A stretch of DNA of 64,000 nucleotides from contig NW_024704742.1 in assembly GCF_018977255.1 (NCBI RefSeq), forward strand, positions 121,274,001 through 121,338,000, written 5' to 3'. The DNA comes from Callorhinchus milii (Eukaryota). Made by a program: the position numbers and the translations under genes. The notes under the pieces are model-generated. The model did not search any database. It was not told the origin of the DNA and saw only the letters and a list, made by a program, of their open reading frames with translations. Shown here one piece after another: positions 1 to 12,362 of this stretch; position 1 is the stretch's first letter, and each line of letters begins with the position of its first letter.

Positions 1-19
1 AATGATGAAATACTTCCTT

Positions 20-290
20 TAGATGAAATGTTAAACCAAGGTTTCATCTGCCTGTTCAGGAGGAAGTTAAAAATGCCATAGCACTATTCAAAAAGAGAAG
101 GGAATTTATTTTGGTGTCCTGACCAATCATCCACCAGATAAAATTTGTCATTCACTTCATAATGGTTTGTGGGACATTGCTGTGGCAAATTGGCTGCCAG
201 CTTTGCCTACAAAATACAGCAGAAGCGCTTGAGACATCCTCCCAATGTAAAAGGCATTACATCAAATGCAAGGATTATTATAATTATCAA
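20..290 (+). mobile_element. Deu-domain (SacSINE/AmnSINE-like) SINE, 5'-truncated
   Basis: ttaaaccaaggtttcatctgcctgttcagg...tttgtgggacattgctgtg...caaatgcaaggattatta. The same motifs recur many times in the window. Confidence 0.75.
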
Positions 291-524
291 AATCGGCAAA
301 ATATGTTAAATGAGCTTTCAGCAATAGGGTGCTATCCTTTTTTAAAAAATATGTGACTCATACAATTCTATAATAATAATAATTTGACATAGCGCCTTAT
401 TACATTGTTGAGATGTCTCAAAGAGCTTCATAGAATATATTGTAAAGTGAATTGACTGTATATTTTGTGGGTGACACCACATATTCTACTAAAATTAATG
501 GGTCTTTGTAAAATGGTGTGATCT

Positions 525-1085
525 GACCATCTGGAGTACTGCGTTCAGGTTTGGGCACTGCACCTCAGGAAGGCTATATTGTCTGTGGAGGGGGTGCAGC
601 GCAGATTCACCAGAATGATACCACGGCTTAAAGGGTTCAATTATGAGGACAGGTTGCATAAACTTGGTCTGTATTCCCTTAAGTTTAGAAGGTTGACGGG
701 TGATCTGATTGAGGTTTTGAAAATAATAAAGGGATTTGATATGGTAGATACAGGGAAACTATTTCCTCTGGCGGGGGAATCCAGAACAAATGGGTATGAT
801 TTTGAAATTAGAGTTAGGCCAATTAGGAGTGAAATTAGGAGGCTGTTTTTCACCCAAAGGGTAGTGGAAATCTGGAGCTCTCTTCCCCAAAAGGCTGTGG
901 ATACTGGATCCATTCACATCTTCAAGACTGAGGTGGATAGATATTTGTTAGGTCAGGGTATTAAGGGATACGGGGCAAGGGCGGGTAATTGGATTTGAGG
1001 TACAGATCAGCCATGATCTTACAGTGTAGCAGAGCAGGCTCCAGGGATTGAATGGCCTTCTCCTGTTTCTGCGTTTTCGTGTTTC
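525..1085 (+). mobile_element. CR1-clade (HER1-like) LINE 3' end
   Basis: ORF 579-998 (VQRRFTRMIP...LGLYSL..RRL.GDLIEV...FFTQRVV..W..LP) is a CR1 ORF2 C-terminus, followed by a typical tail (atcagccatgatc...gaatggccttctcctgtttct). Confidence 0.9.
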
Positions 1086-2209
1086 TATGCATGAATGAGA
1101 TGTTGATAGCTGTTGATAGCTAAAGGTACACCTGACATTCATAAAATTGAAGTAAAATTAAAGTTTTAACTTGTTCAAACTGTTTTACTTTTGAGAAAAT
1201 GTATAACATGCTGGATTTCAATTGGATTTTGATTGTAAATAAATATTTTATTTACCAGTCCTAACCTAATTGAAAGCATGAATATTACACTTCTCAAAGC
1301 AAATTCTGAGAGCAGTTTTCAGTTAAAGAAAACAGTTCTTGTATTTCACCTACTCTTCTGGTCTGGCTACTCTACAGCAAAAGTCTTTCACGGGTAGAAC
1401 ACACCCTTGCCAACATTCCTCAGTTTATCTTTAATTTCTTACTGGAGACATTTAGATAGTATAGAGCAGGTCCATGCAAGAGCTGCAATGTATCACTGAC
1501 CATGGAAAAGAATACAAATAGCTGATAGCACCAGCATATATATTCTATCTACTTCTTTGTTCTCCTCCATCTTTGACAGCAATGATTGAATGTTTCTCAG
1601 ATTTTGCTGGCCCTGATAAAACAATTCCAAACAGATCTCCTGATGATTTTTGTGTGCATATAAGTAGCTGATCTGATTATATACAACAAATTATACCAGA
1701 TATCAAATAAAATTTACTTTGTTACAGTTAAATTAATGGCAATGTTATGCAAATTACATTTGGTTATTCATTCTGCCAAATGCAATAAAGGCGATAGGTG
1801 ATTTTAAAAAACTCATCCCATAACCCAATAGATTAGATGGATTTTTTTCAAGTTAGGATTGTTTATTTTCCTCTATTTGTCATATGGCATAAAAAATCTA
1901 GGGTCTGTCATAATAAAGAAAAGCTTTTGGAGACACCATGTTCGCTGTTTACAGTAAAACATATACGAACATCAGCCAGACGTACTTACATAGAAATAAT
2001 GAAGTAGTGTTAGTGCAATCTTTCTCATCACTACAGTGCTCAGTCAGGTAGCTATAGTTGATCTCTGTCATCACCCAATTGTAATGGGCTTTGCATTGTC
2101 AGCATATTCCATCTGAGTTCCAATGTGGGGCTTGAGCCCACAACTTTCTGACTTAGTGGCGAGAGTGCTACCAATGTGCACATGTGCAGTGTGGTCGTGA
2201 GCTCCAGAT

Positions 2210-2590
2210 GTCAGCCTGACTTAGTTGGTAGCACTCTTGCCTCTGGGACAGAAAGCTGTGGGTTCAAGTTCCACATTGAGACTTGGGTGACACTCCATTG
2301 CAGTATTGGGGAGACCTAAGGTATTGTCCCTCAGATGATATGTTAACCTGCCATTTTTCCCATCTGTCTGCTCAGGTGGATATTAAAGATTCCATAACAC
2401 TATCTAAAAAAAGAGGGAAGTTTTTTCTGGTGTCCTGGCCAACAACCGTACAAATAAAATTGGTTATTTTTTTCATGATTGTTTGTGTAACATTGCTGTG
2501 TACAACTACACTTAACAGCAGTTCTCTGTGAAGCTCTTTGAGATATTTTGCCATTTTAAGCGTTATATCAAATTCAAAAAAATATTTTTA
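2210..2590 (+). mobile_element. tRNA-headed Deu-domain SINE, near full length; an inverted head fragment lies at ~2100-2175
   Basis: Head ttagttggtagcactcttgcctctg...gggttcaagttcc (A/B-box-like), Deu body and shared tail. Confidence 0.75.
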
Positions 2591-3249
2591 TAAGGTAAAT
2601 GAGATGTAATAAATGAATGGTGATGAAACAACTTATATAACCAAGATATTGTTACCATAACTGGGAATCACTCAGAACACAAAGTACAAAATTTACAACG
2701 ATAACTTGCATTTATATAGCGCCTTAACTCGGGTAGGGTTAGGGGGTGCTATCTTGCAATTATTTTGTTAAGGCTGGTAATATAATAGCCACTTCTAGTT
2801 TGTATCTCCCTTTGACTCTTTTCATCAAGAGTTGAACCTTTAGCATGGTTCCTCTATTCAATTAAATAAACATCTGCCCCCTCCCGCCTCCCCTTTTTCT
2901 CCTCCCAGTTTATCATTCCAGATTGATAGCCATTGTAAAGCATTTCCTTTATTTAATGTCACTATTATTTTTAGAGCTCTCCTCTGAATAGCCTTTATTT
3001 ATTTCCTTCCCCCATAGATAATTTGAAATATCATACTTGACACACTTTAAGGAATAGTCAAATTACTCTTATATAAATATATCACCGTTGCTAAAGCCAA
3101 TTCAATAGAGTAAAGTAACAAAGTGTTAAATTGGTTTAGTTGGTGGCATTGTTGCCTCTGACTCAGAAGATTGTGGGCTCAATCCACAGTTTGGGAGAGT
3201 GCACCATTGTTGGAGGTGCCGACCTTCAGATGTACTTGAAAAATTCATG

Positions 3250-3670
3250 TCCAATTGGATGCAATACAATTCAAAATTACATTTGTATAGTCGGGAGGAC
3301 GTCCCAAGGCGCTGGACAGTCAGGATTTGGACCCGAGCGGGGTGGAGGGGTTGGGGGTTGGAATAAGGGAGGGTGGAGGGCAGAGAGGGTAGGAGAGTGG
3401 CAGAACACACGGTCGTAGTGGAGGGTCTTGACAGGTATCTTGAAGGAGGCAAAGGAGGGAATGAGGTGAAGGGAAATGTGGGATGGAGTTCCAAAGAGTG
3501 GGGGCAGAGAGGCTGAAGACCCGACCGTCAATCATGGGGTGGGCCAGCTGGGGGATGAGGAGCAGGCTGGAGCTGCTGCATGGAGGGAAAGGACAGGTTG
3601 ATAAGGGGTTAACAGGTCACAGAAGCAGGAAGGGGCAAGGCTGTGGAGGGCCTTGAAGTGAATGATGTTA
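3250..3670 (-). mobile_element. L2-clade LINE 3' fragment
   Basis: Minus-strand GRVFSLSAPTLWNSIP peptide and tail gcgccttgggacgtcctcccgac...aaatgtaattt. Confidence 0.85.
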
Positions 3671-3929
3671 AAGACAGGTTGGATAGTCCTGGAGAGAAGT
3701 TCCAAGGTGACATGCCATCTGATTTTTCCTCTCTTGCTATGGGAAATTGTCTAACCCTGGCTTGATAGTTGCCTCTGACAATAACTTATATTTATATAGT
3801 GCTTTCCATGTAAAAGAAATGCCTTTAAATATGTTATACAATGAGATTAATCAGGAGAAAAGACTGCAGACAAGCATAACAGCTAATCTGGGTCAGAAAC
3901 ATCTATAAGATGGGGAGCCTATAAATTTA

Positions 3930-4440
3930 TGTCAGTCTAGTTCAGTCGACAGCAGAGTCAGAAGATTGAGTCAGAAGATTGTGGGTTTAAGTCCCATGTT
4001 GGAGCTTGGAATCACATAATCTAAGGTAAGATAACACTCCAATGCAGTGCTGGGAGGTGGGTGTTGCATTGTCAGAGGTGCTACCCTCCGGGTGAGGCAT
4101 TAAACCGAGATCTCGTCTGCCTGTTCAGGTGGACATTAAAGATCCCATGGCACTATTCCAAAAGAGAAGGAGGTTTCTCCCGATGTCCTGGTCAACAATC
4201 CGCCAAATAAAATTGGTTACTTACTCCATGGCTGTTTGTGGAACACTGCTGTGCACACCTGACAGCCGCATTTCACCCACAAAATATAGTCAATCCACTT
4301 TACAGTATATCCTGTGAAGCGCTTTGAGACGTCTCAAGGAAGTGATGAGGCGGTATATCAAATGCAAGGATTAATAATAATAATCCTTGCATTTGATATA
4401 GAGCCTTATCACATCAAAACATCTCAAACTGCTTCATACA
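3930..4440 (+). mobile_element. Deu-domain SINE (+, to ~4380) fused tail-to-tail with a minus-strand SINE tail (4381-4440)
   Basis: Full body and tail present. Positions 4354-4373 are the exact reverse complement of 4381-4400. Confidence 0.85.
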
Positions 4441-5369
4441 ATTACTTACTTTGATGTAAAGTCAGTCAAGGCCAATGCAAAGGCTAGACCCACTTCCTTC
4501 GCAAGATATAATTGGTCCACAATGAGAGTAAATGAGCTGCTTGTCAGGAGCACTACAGTTAGCTTCTTACCAAATTCCTGCTTTGCCATGTTTAATTCAA
4601 GTTGCACACAGAATAAACCGATTAGAAAATAGAAAGAAAACAACATATATAATTTATAACCTTAATTACATCATTCTAGAGGGTATTTTACTCATCAGCT
4701 CATTGCATTTATTATCTACATATGCACAATGAGGCTGGATAATCAGCACCTTGGGCTGTGGAAGATGATAATGTTCATGCAAATGATATTGTTAGGATTT
4801 TTAATGTATGTTTTTGACTCCAGTTTTATGAATCTAATATGAGATCAGTGCAGGGATGTGCCTTGTAATATTGACAACATTTTTTATCTGATTTTAAAAG
4901 TTCAGTAATTTGATTGTGAAAATTATATTTTAACCACATTTGGCACTGTGCTGCTCATCTTGTTAGGTAAGTTAATAACTGACTGTGCATTCATCAAAGT
5001 GACAAAGCTATGAACAGCCAGTTCTGGTGCTGGACCTAATTTGTATTTGGGAAGTTTGTGTTGTTTTCATATGTCTTAATAGGCCGGATATAAAGGTAAA
5101 GCTATTTAAACTGGCATTGTCTTCTCTTTTAATTAATTTATGCTGCTTAACCACCTCATCTACTTTGAATCACATTCTTCCCAATTCTATGCAAAGTACT
5201 CACTTGCAGCAGTGTAATCGTTCCTCTAATGGTTTCTCGTGTTGATTAATTTATGTTCGGACCATTTTAGCCGGATCTCTAAAAATACAATTTTTTGCTA
5301 CAACCAAAAAGATTATATTTTTAAGCAATAAAATCACCAGTGTACATTTTCTGCAAAATAATGGGAACC

Positions 5370-5810
5370 CTTGCATTTCACGTTGGGAGGATGGCTCAAA
5401 GCGCTTTATATGATTTAATGTAAAATGCAGTGACTCTGTATTTTGTAAGCAAAATTTGCCAATTTGCATGCAGCAGATTGTCCCACAAACAGCCATGAAA
5501 TGAATGACCGATTTTATCTGGAGGAACTTTGCCCAGGATATCGGGAGAAACTCCCTTCTCTTTCGAAGTAACATCATGACAAATGTTTCACCTCTCCCTG
5601 TGGGTTAGTGCAAAATTCACTGCATCAACACCGTAGCTTAGTAAGGTGCAATCCTGAGCAGAATTTCATCCCTCACATGTTTCATAAATGGAGACATTTT
5701 CGCCCACAAATATACAGCCAATTCACTTTACAGTCTATTCTGTGAAGCGCTTTGAGACATCTAGGAGACGTGAAAAGCGCTATATCAAATGCAAAGATTA
5801 TTATATTATA
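5370..5810. mobile_element. Two SINE 3' halves: minus ~5370-5580 and plus ~5690-5810
   Basis: Both carry the shared tail and gtcccacaaacagcc-type motifs. Confidence 0.7.
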
Positions 5811-6044
5811 TTTTAATTCACTCCATTTAGAATAAATTGAGTTGTTCTTGTTGAATGTTACATCAGTGGTGGGGTCTCACTTAACAAGAATCCTAATTGG
5901 TAAATCAGTTTTCAGACCACTGACTACAAACTGCAAGGTTCAGCCTTTCACAGGAGAGGGATCTGATCTGTGATTTGTAATTCCATGTTTGTGCTGTTGT
6001 CTTTATTTATATATTTGTCTGTATTTTATATTTCCATGTTGTGC

Positions 6045-7113
6045 CTCTCCTCTCACCTCAACCTCTACAGCGCTGTCCTTGACTGGTTCAGATCATAACT
6101 CTCACACCGCCTGCACTTCATCTCCACAAACGGCTTCTCCTCTAACCCAGCGTTCCTCAGGGCTCTGTCCTCTTCAATATCTATATGCTCCCTCTTGGTG
6201 GCATCATCCGCAGACATGAGGTCAACTTCCATATGTATGCAGATGACACCCAACTCTTCCTCTCTGCCACCACCCTTGACTCCAGGACCACTGCCCTCTC
6301 CCTTGACACCTGTCAGACATCAAGACATCCTGGATGAGAGCTAATTTTCTTCAATTGAACGTCAACAAGATCAAGGCTCTCCTGATTGGCTCCCGTCAGC
6401 ACCTCCTCACCTCAGGCGCTGACAGCATCACCATTCCTGGTTGCACAATCCACCTTGCTAAGCCAGTCCAGAATCTTGGGATTTTGTTTGACCCTCAACT
6501 ATCCTTTCTACCCCATATTGTGCCATGACCCGCTCTGCCTTTCCCCACCTCTGCAACATCGCCCGGCTCCACCACTGTCTCACAATGCAGGCCACCGAAA
6601 CCCACATACATGCTTTCATCGAAGCTCGACTATGCAAACTCACTGCTTGTCGGCCTCCTCAACTCCTCCCTCCACAGGCTGCAGATCATCCAGAACTCTA
6701 CAGCCCATGTCCTCTCCTGCACTAGGCTCCGTGACCCTATCATCCCCATCCTTGCCCAACTCCATTGGCTTCCTATCACATAGAGGATACAGTTCAAGAT
6801 CCTGGTCCTCACCTTCAAAGCCCTCCATGGCTCTGGCCTGCTTCACTATTGGCGGGCGGGCCTTCCACCACTCTGCCCCCACCCTCTGGAACTCCATCCC
6901 ACAGTCCCTCCACCTCGCCCCCTCCCTTGACACCTTCAAGACCCATCTCAAGACCCTCCTCTTCGACCGTGCTTTCGATCTCCCTGCTTTCCCCCCTGCC
7001 CTCCACCCTCCCCGACCTCCACTCGGGTCCATAACTCTTGTCTGTCCAGCGCTTTGTGAAGTCCTCCCGACATGAAAGGCGCTTTACAAATGTAATTTTG
7101 CAGTTGTTGTTGT
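6045..7113 (+). mobile_element. L2-clade LINE, 5'-truncated and degenerate (RT C-terminal half and tail)
   Basis: PQGSVL..., YADD at 6236-6247, NFLQLNVNK, GGRAF..SAPTLWNSIP, several frameshifts, tail ending in (TTG)n. Confidence 0.92.
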
Positions 7114-7209
7114 GGTATATGAATTTTTGGGGGGCAGCCAGGTGTCTGACGCATGTAGAAATCCATCACCCTTCTTAAGAGTATCCAGCCAAACTGAGAA
7201 TATGTCATA

Positions 7210-7565
7210 TAATAATAATTATCCTTGCATTCGACATAGCGCCTTATCACATCTCAAAGCGCTTCAAAGAATATACTGTAAAGTGAGTTGACTGCATATT
7301 TTGTGGAAGAAGCGCAGCAGCCAATTGTGCGCAGCAGTGTCCCACAAACAGTCCTGGATTGAGTGACCAAATTTGTTTTTTTGTAGTGATTATTACCCCT
7401 GGAAACAAACCAGCAATTGACTAACAACCAGGTTCCTACTTACTACTTGGCAAACAGAGACCTCTGGAGTAAGGAAGCTTGCTTAAGGTTTTGCCCTACC
7501 TGGGAAATGAACCCGGATCCTCTTGCGAGGTGAGCACTCTAACTACTGCACTACGGGACTCCACA
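7210..7565 (-). mobile_element. Second SINE family: different tRNA-derived head, CORE-like middle, shared 3' tail; full length
   Basis: Minus head gtggagtcccgtagtgcagtagttagagtgc...gggttcatttccc. Colinear with the copy at 19975-20350. Confidence 0.8.
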
Positions 7566-8139
7566 GTCTATATGACAGTGATTGAAATTATAGGGAATTG
7601 ACAGCACAGAAGGAGACCATTTGGCTCATTGTGACTGTGCTGGTGCTAGCTATTCCCTCTGCACTTTCCTCATGCCCTTTAATATTACTTTTATTTATGT
7701 ATTTATGTATCCCTTTAAATTCTGCTTTGAGAGATTTTTTCTGCTTTTTACAATGTCATTACACCTGATTGTAAAGTGCTTTGAGACATTATGACTTGAT
7801 AATGTGTGATAAAATGCAAATTCTCTTTTCTTTCCTTTTACTTCATACCCTGTGTCAAATCCTGTCAATTCTCTGTTCTCAATTCACACAGAGAACAACA
7901 AACCAGCCTGCTGAATGGCTTCAGAGAGAATTGAACCAGAATCAAAGCAGTTCTACACAGTATTTAAACAGTGGGTCAAATTCCGTGCAAATTTTCCACA
8001 TTTCTGTTAGTTATAGTATTGATGAGTGGCACAATAGGGGCTTCTAAGTAGAAGGGAGGACAGATGAAGAACAAAGGATAAAAACAGAAAATGAGAAATC
8101 TACTGGAAAATGTCTAGAAGAAATGACGCAGACGTGTCA

Positions 8140-8550
8140 TTTTGGTTCAGTTAGTGGCACTTTTGGCTCTGGGTCAGACGGTTGTGGGTTCAAGCCCCAG
8201 CTTGGAACGTTTGTGCTCCCAGTCTAAGCTAACAAATCTGTACAGTACTGGGAAAATTCTGCTTGTTAGAAGTGCCCTTTGAATCAGATGTTAAGCCAAC
8301 ATCCTGCCTGCCTGTTCAGGTGGATGTTAAAGATCCCATGACACTAAGAGAAAGGAGTTTCTCCTATTCCTGACCAACAATCCTGCAGATGTAATTGCTC
8401 ATACACTTCATGGCTGTTTCTGGAATATTACCGTGTGTAAATTGGATGTTGTTTTTACCTGCAAAGTACTCTGTGAAAGCACTTTACTTGTGAAGTGCTT
8501 TCAGATGTTTCAGTGTTATAGGCCATGTACCAAATGTAAGGATGATTATT
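8140..8550 (+). mobile_element. Deu-domain SINE, full length, diverged
   Basis: Head gggttcaagcccc, body cctgttcaggtggatgttaaagatcccatg, tail present. Confidence 0.8.
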
Positions 8551-9854
8551 TATGATGTATTTAAAAATCAAGATACTGGGAGCTAACACATTAATCGCTG
8601 ACACAAGCAAAACCTTCATTCAGTGTTTATAATGAAAAATGTGCTGGACTCTGGCCACATGGAGATATTAATAATCCTTATATTTGTTACATATTATACG
8701 CATTAGGTGATGGCTGACTGACAGATTATATTATACAATCTCAGGACTGAAGTATATGCAGCCAGTTTCACAACAGGCTGTTGACGTGGAAACTGACTGT
8801 ACAACTCCTCAAAGAGCTGTTTTGTATTGAAACAGACTGCATTGGAATAATTTTTTTTCTCTATTTGTTTTGAGTGAAACTTATGGGGGGAAATTTGCAA
8901 TAATTCATAACAAATTGGATTTGATTTATGAAATGTCGCAAATTACTAATCTAATGGCCCCATAGGGAAATTCAGGCCCCAACCATGGAGTACAGGAGTG
9001 AGGTGGTGTGTGTGTGTGTGGGGGGGGGGCGGTTGGGAGAGGGGGTTGATAATCACAGGATAATCTTTAATTATGTCCACGCTATATCTGTCACCCATGA
9101 TAATGAATACACCACACATCCCAATTTCCCACCCTCTGTTCTGGAGGTGTTCGAGAGTCAGCTATGGTGGTAATCCCTCCGATGTTTCTTTCCTGATCAT
9201 TGACTCCTACTTGGCCCACCCATGGCAACACAACTGAGACCAGTCACTCATACACTCAGGTGATGCTGGGCATGATGCACTGTGCTGTTAACTCTGCTGC
9301 ACTATTGTGCTGAGTTTGGAATGAATGAATGGAACTCTTTAGCAATCAGTCAGTTTGCAAACAAAGATTAAGTGTCTTTGGATGCAGTAGCTTCTACCAA
9401 TCTACTGGGTGGTACTCTTGTTCATTAACTCAATAATATGAGAATAGTGTAGATTTAAAGTACTATTGGGTTGTAGGTAATTGTATTGCAGCAGAAATGC
9501 TTTTCTGTCTTATGGTGAGGAGAATGGGAACATTTGATGCTAATTTTGCTGTCAATGTTGATGATAACTTGGTGAAACTACGTGAGAAAGTTTAGAATTA
9601 GGATTTCTGCTTAGAATTTTGATGCCAATTTACAGTGCACTTAATGTACAAGAGTGCAATGTGAAGCCAATATTTATAATTTTATCAATTATTCTCAATT
9701 TAACCAAATACAGTACCACTATATGTGGGAAAATAAGTAGCATTCCAGTAAGATGGTATCATTCTTCCCAGGGAAGTAATTAAATCCCATTCTAAAATGG
9801 TTTTGATGGATTGAAGTTCATCATTTTTGCACAATTGGTATATAAAACATATTT

Positions 9855-10026
9855 AATAATAATAATCTTTGCATTTGATTATAGCATCAGGAGGACGTCC
9901 CAAGGTGCTAAACAGAGACGTGTGGAGGAAGGAAACTTGCCTATGGTTTTGCCCTCACTGGGAATTGAACCCGTCCTCTCACTTGCAAGGCTCTTGCTCT
10001 AACCACTAATCTACAAAACTCCACAC
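9855..10026 (-). mobile_element. Short SINE variant: second-family head joined to an L2-like tail
   Basis: Head homologous to the 7565 and 20350 copies, middle missing, tail ccttgggacgtcctcctga...(TTA)n. Confidence 0.7.
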
Positions 10027-12169
10027 TTAACAACATGTGCTATTTTATTTTGGCGTACACCATCGCGTGTCACCACACTTCCTCCTTCAGTGCCTGTGCG
10101 GCAAACTCTTCCACAGCCTCTGTGCTCAAGCAGCCAAAACAAATACAGTACATGGTTTTGCAGAGAAGGAACAGTTTATCTGCTCCTGTCCCCGCAGTAC
10201 TAATCAGGTGCCATCTGGTAACCCAGTTTAGAACTGTCAGAATATACCCACCTACATCTAAAATGTCAGGGCTGTAATGGCTGGTAGCTGGCAGCTTTGC
10301 TGTAATTTATTTGATTTGTTTTAGTTCATTTACTGAGACGATACTAGTTCAAGTCACACTACTAGCTCTAGTTAGATAATAGAATTAAACTGATTCTTAT
10401 GCAATTCTCGATGTAACGCTGTACTCTCACTTGCATTTATAGTTACAAAAATATGAAATGAACAAATCAGTAAATCAAAAGCCATTTTATACTTTCCCAC
10501 AAAATGCTTGGCATTAACTGGATTCAGCTAATTGCACATTACTGACAAAATGGATACAATGGAGAAAGCAGCAGTTGATGTGCAGTTAGGTCAACAGCTT
10601 GAAATGCTGCACTCTCAGCAATCGAGTCAGAGAGACTCAGACCCTAATCCAAAGCAGGGTTTGTCTTCCCCAACTTGCAAACGTGACCTGAAATTGACAG
10701 TACAATATTATTGTCAGAAATGATTGCAATTTCCAGATGGACATTTTCGTACTTGAACCCGAACGCACACTTCTGAAAAGTTCAATTAAGTGAGTTAATC
10801 TGAAGGTGGAGATTACACACTTCATGGTTATTGTTCCTTCCATTGATCTACTATAAAATAGCTCCACCACTCCTTACGGGCTCAACAACAGAAGATAAAC
10901 ACTCAGATTTTCACTGCGAGTGGATGGCAATTTCCCTACAAGAGTTTTTTCCACCAAAGCACATAGTGACTCAATTGCAATATGCAACATTTTTATTATA
11001 CAATACAATTACATTTGTATTGAGCCCTTCATGTCAGGACAACATCTCAAACAGCTTAACACTGGTGGCTGGGCACCCGAGATAGGGAATTATACAGAGC
11101 AATCAGTTTTTCTGAAAGCTTACTGGTACTCTCAGGTGAAAAGTATAGTTTTTACCTAACAGCACATTAACTGAGAGGTCTAGTGTGCGGTGTTTTCTGA
11201 TGGGATTGCTTCATTTTGGAAACTGAAGCACGTCTCATAGGAATTCCCATTTGATGTAAACTACTTTGGGAGTGGGATTCCTGTAAGCATGACATATCTC
11301 TAGTGTATATAAAACTAGCTATATCCATTGCAGCTACGCTTGCAACCAGTTTCATTTAATCGGCATCCTCTCTTTCGTCTGGCGTTTTTATTTGCCCTTG
11401 AAAGGCTTGATCTTCGCTTCTTAGACATCTTCATCCCATAAGATTAAGAAAATGTGCAATTGAACTCGTTAACATCCCTTGTTCACATATTTGCACACAT
11501 ACCCTTTTGGGAGGACTCAGTGGGAGGCCTTGATAGGAGGCCTCAGTGAGAGGACTCCTGTTGGGAGGACTCCTTGCTGGTGTTCATTCATGTGTGATGA
11601 GCTTGTTTAGGTCACGTTAGGAGATCCCCGAAAAAAATATACACCCATGACATTCCCCCATGCAAGACCTTTCCGATGAGGTATAAATCATGTCTCTGCA
11701 TCAATCAGTTATTACGTTCTTGGCAGGCGGGTGGGCAGGCAGACAATTTGTCATTCTTCAAATGACATCTTAAAAGGAGCATTAAAAAACTTTTCTAAAA
11801 TCATTTTAATAAAACATAAAATTACATTTGTATGCACAATCTATTACAACCTGAAGTCAGGGCTCTTTCAGAGCTGGAAAGGATTATTAAGTTATTGAAT
11901 TGTGAATGAAGCCAGGACATTGGACACATTCCATGGAGAACTTAATGCTGTAATGGGACAATGGCAGAGTTGATATCCTGGATGGATGAAATCACAAACG
12001 GCCAAAAACACTTCTTCCAAATCTCTTGTGATATTTTCAATCTAGACAGAGCTAGGCTGGTGTCTGGATGTTATGATGGTCAATTGAAATTCACAGCATT
12101 GCTCCTTCCTCAATATTAGATGATTAGGAGTCTTACTTATCGTTATTCCTCCCTGACCAGTGTACAATA

Positions 12170-12362
12170 ACCATCTAAAAAAAATAGTTCAGTCACTCAA
12201 TCCATGACTGTTTGTGGGACACTGCTGTGTACAATTGGCTGTTGCATTTCAGCCAAAAAATATACAGTCAATTCACTTTACAGTATATTCTATGAAGCAC
12301 TTTGAGATGTCTCATCGACGTGATAAGGTGCTATATTAAATACAATGATTATTATTATTATT
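12170..12362 (+). mobile_element. SINE 3' half
   Basis: tgtttgtgggacactgctgtg...tgaagcactttgagatgtctc...(TTA)n. Confidence 0.8.

Noticed and set aside
3955..3981. Short tandem duplications (gagtcagaagatt x2; also agcacccaaacac x2 at ~50421-50448)
   Set aside because: Ordinary slippage duplications with no further structure.
9000..9050. G-rich runs (also 51110-51170) as functional G-quadruplexes
   Set aside because: Simple low-complexity tracts with no supporting context.
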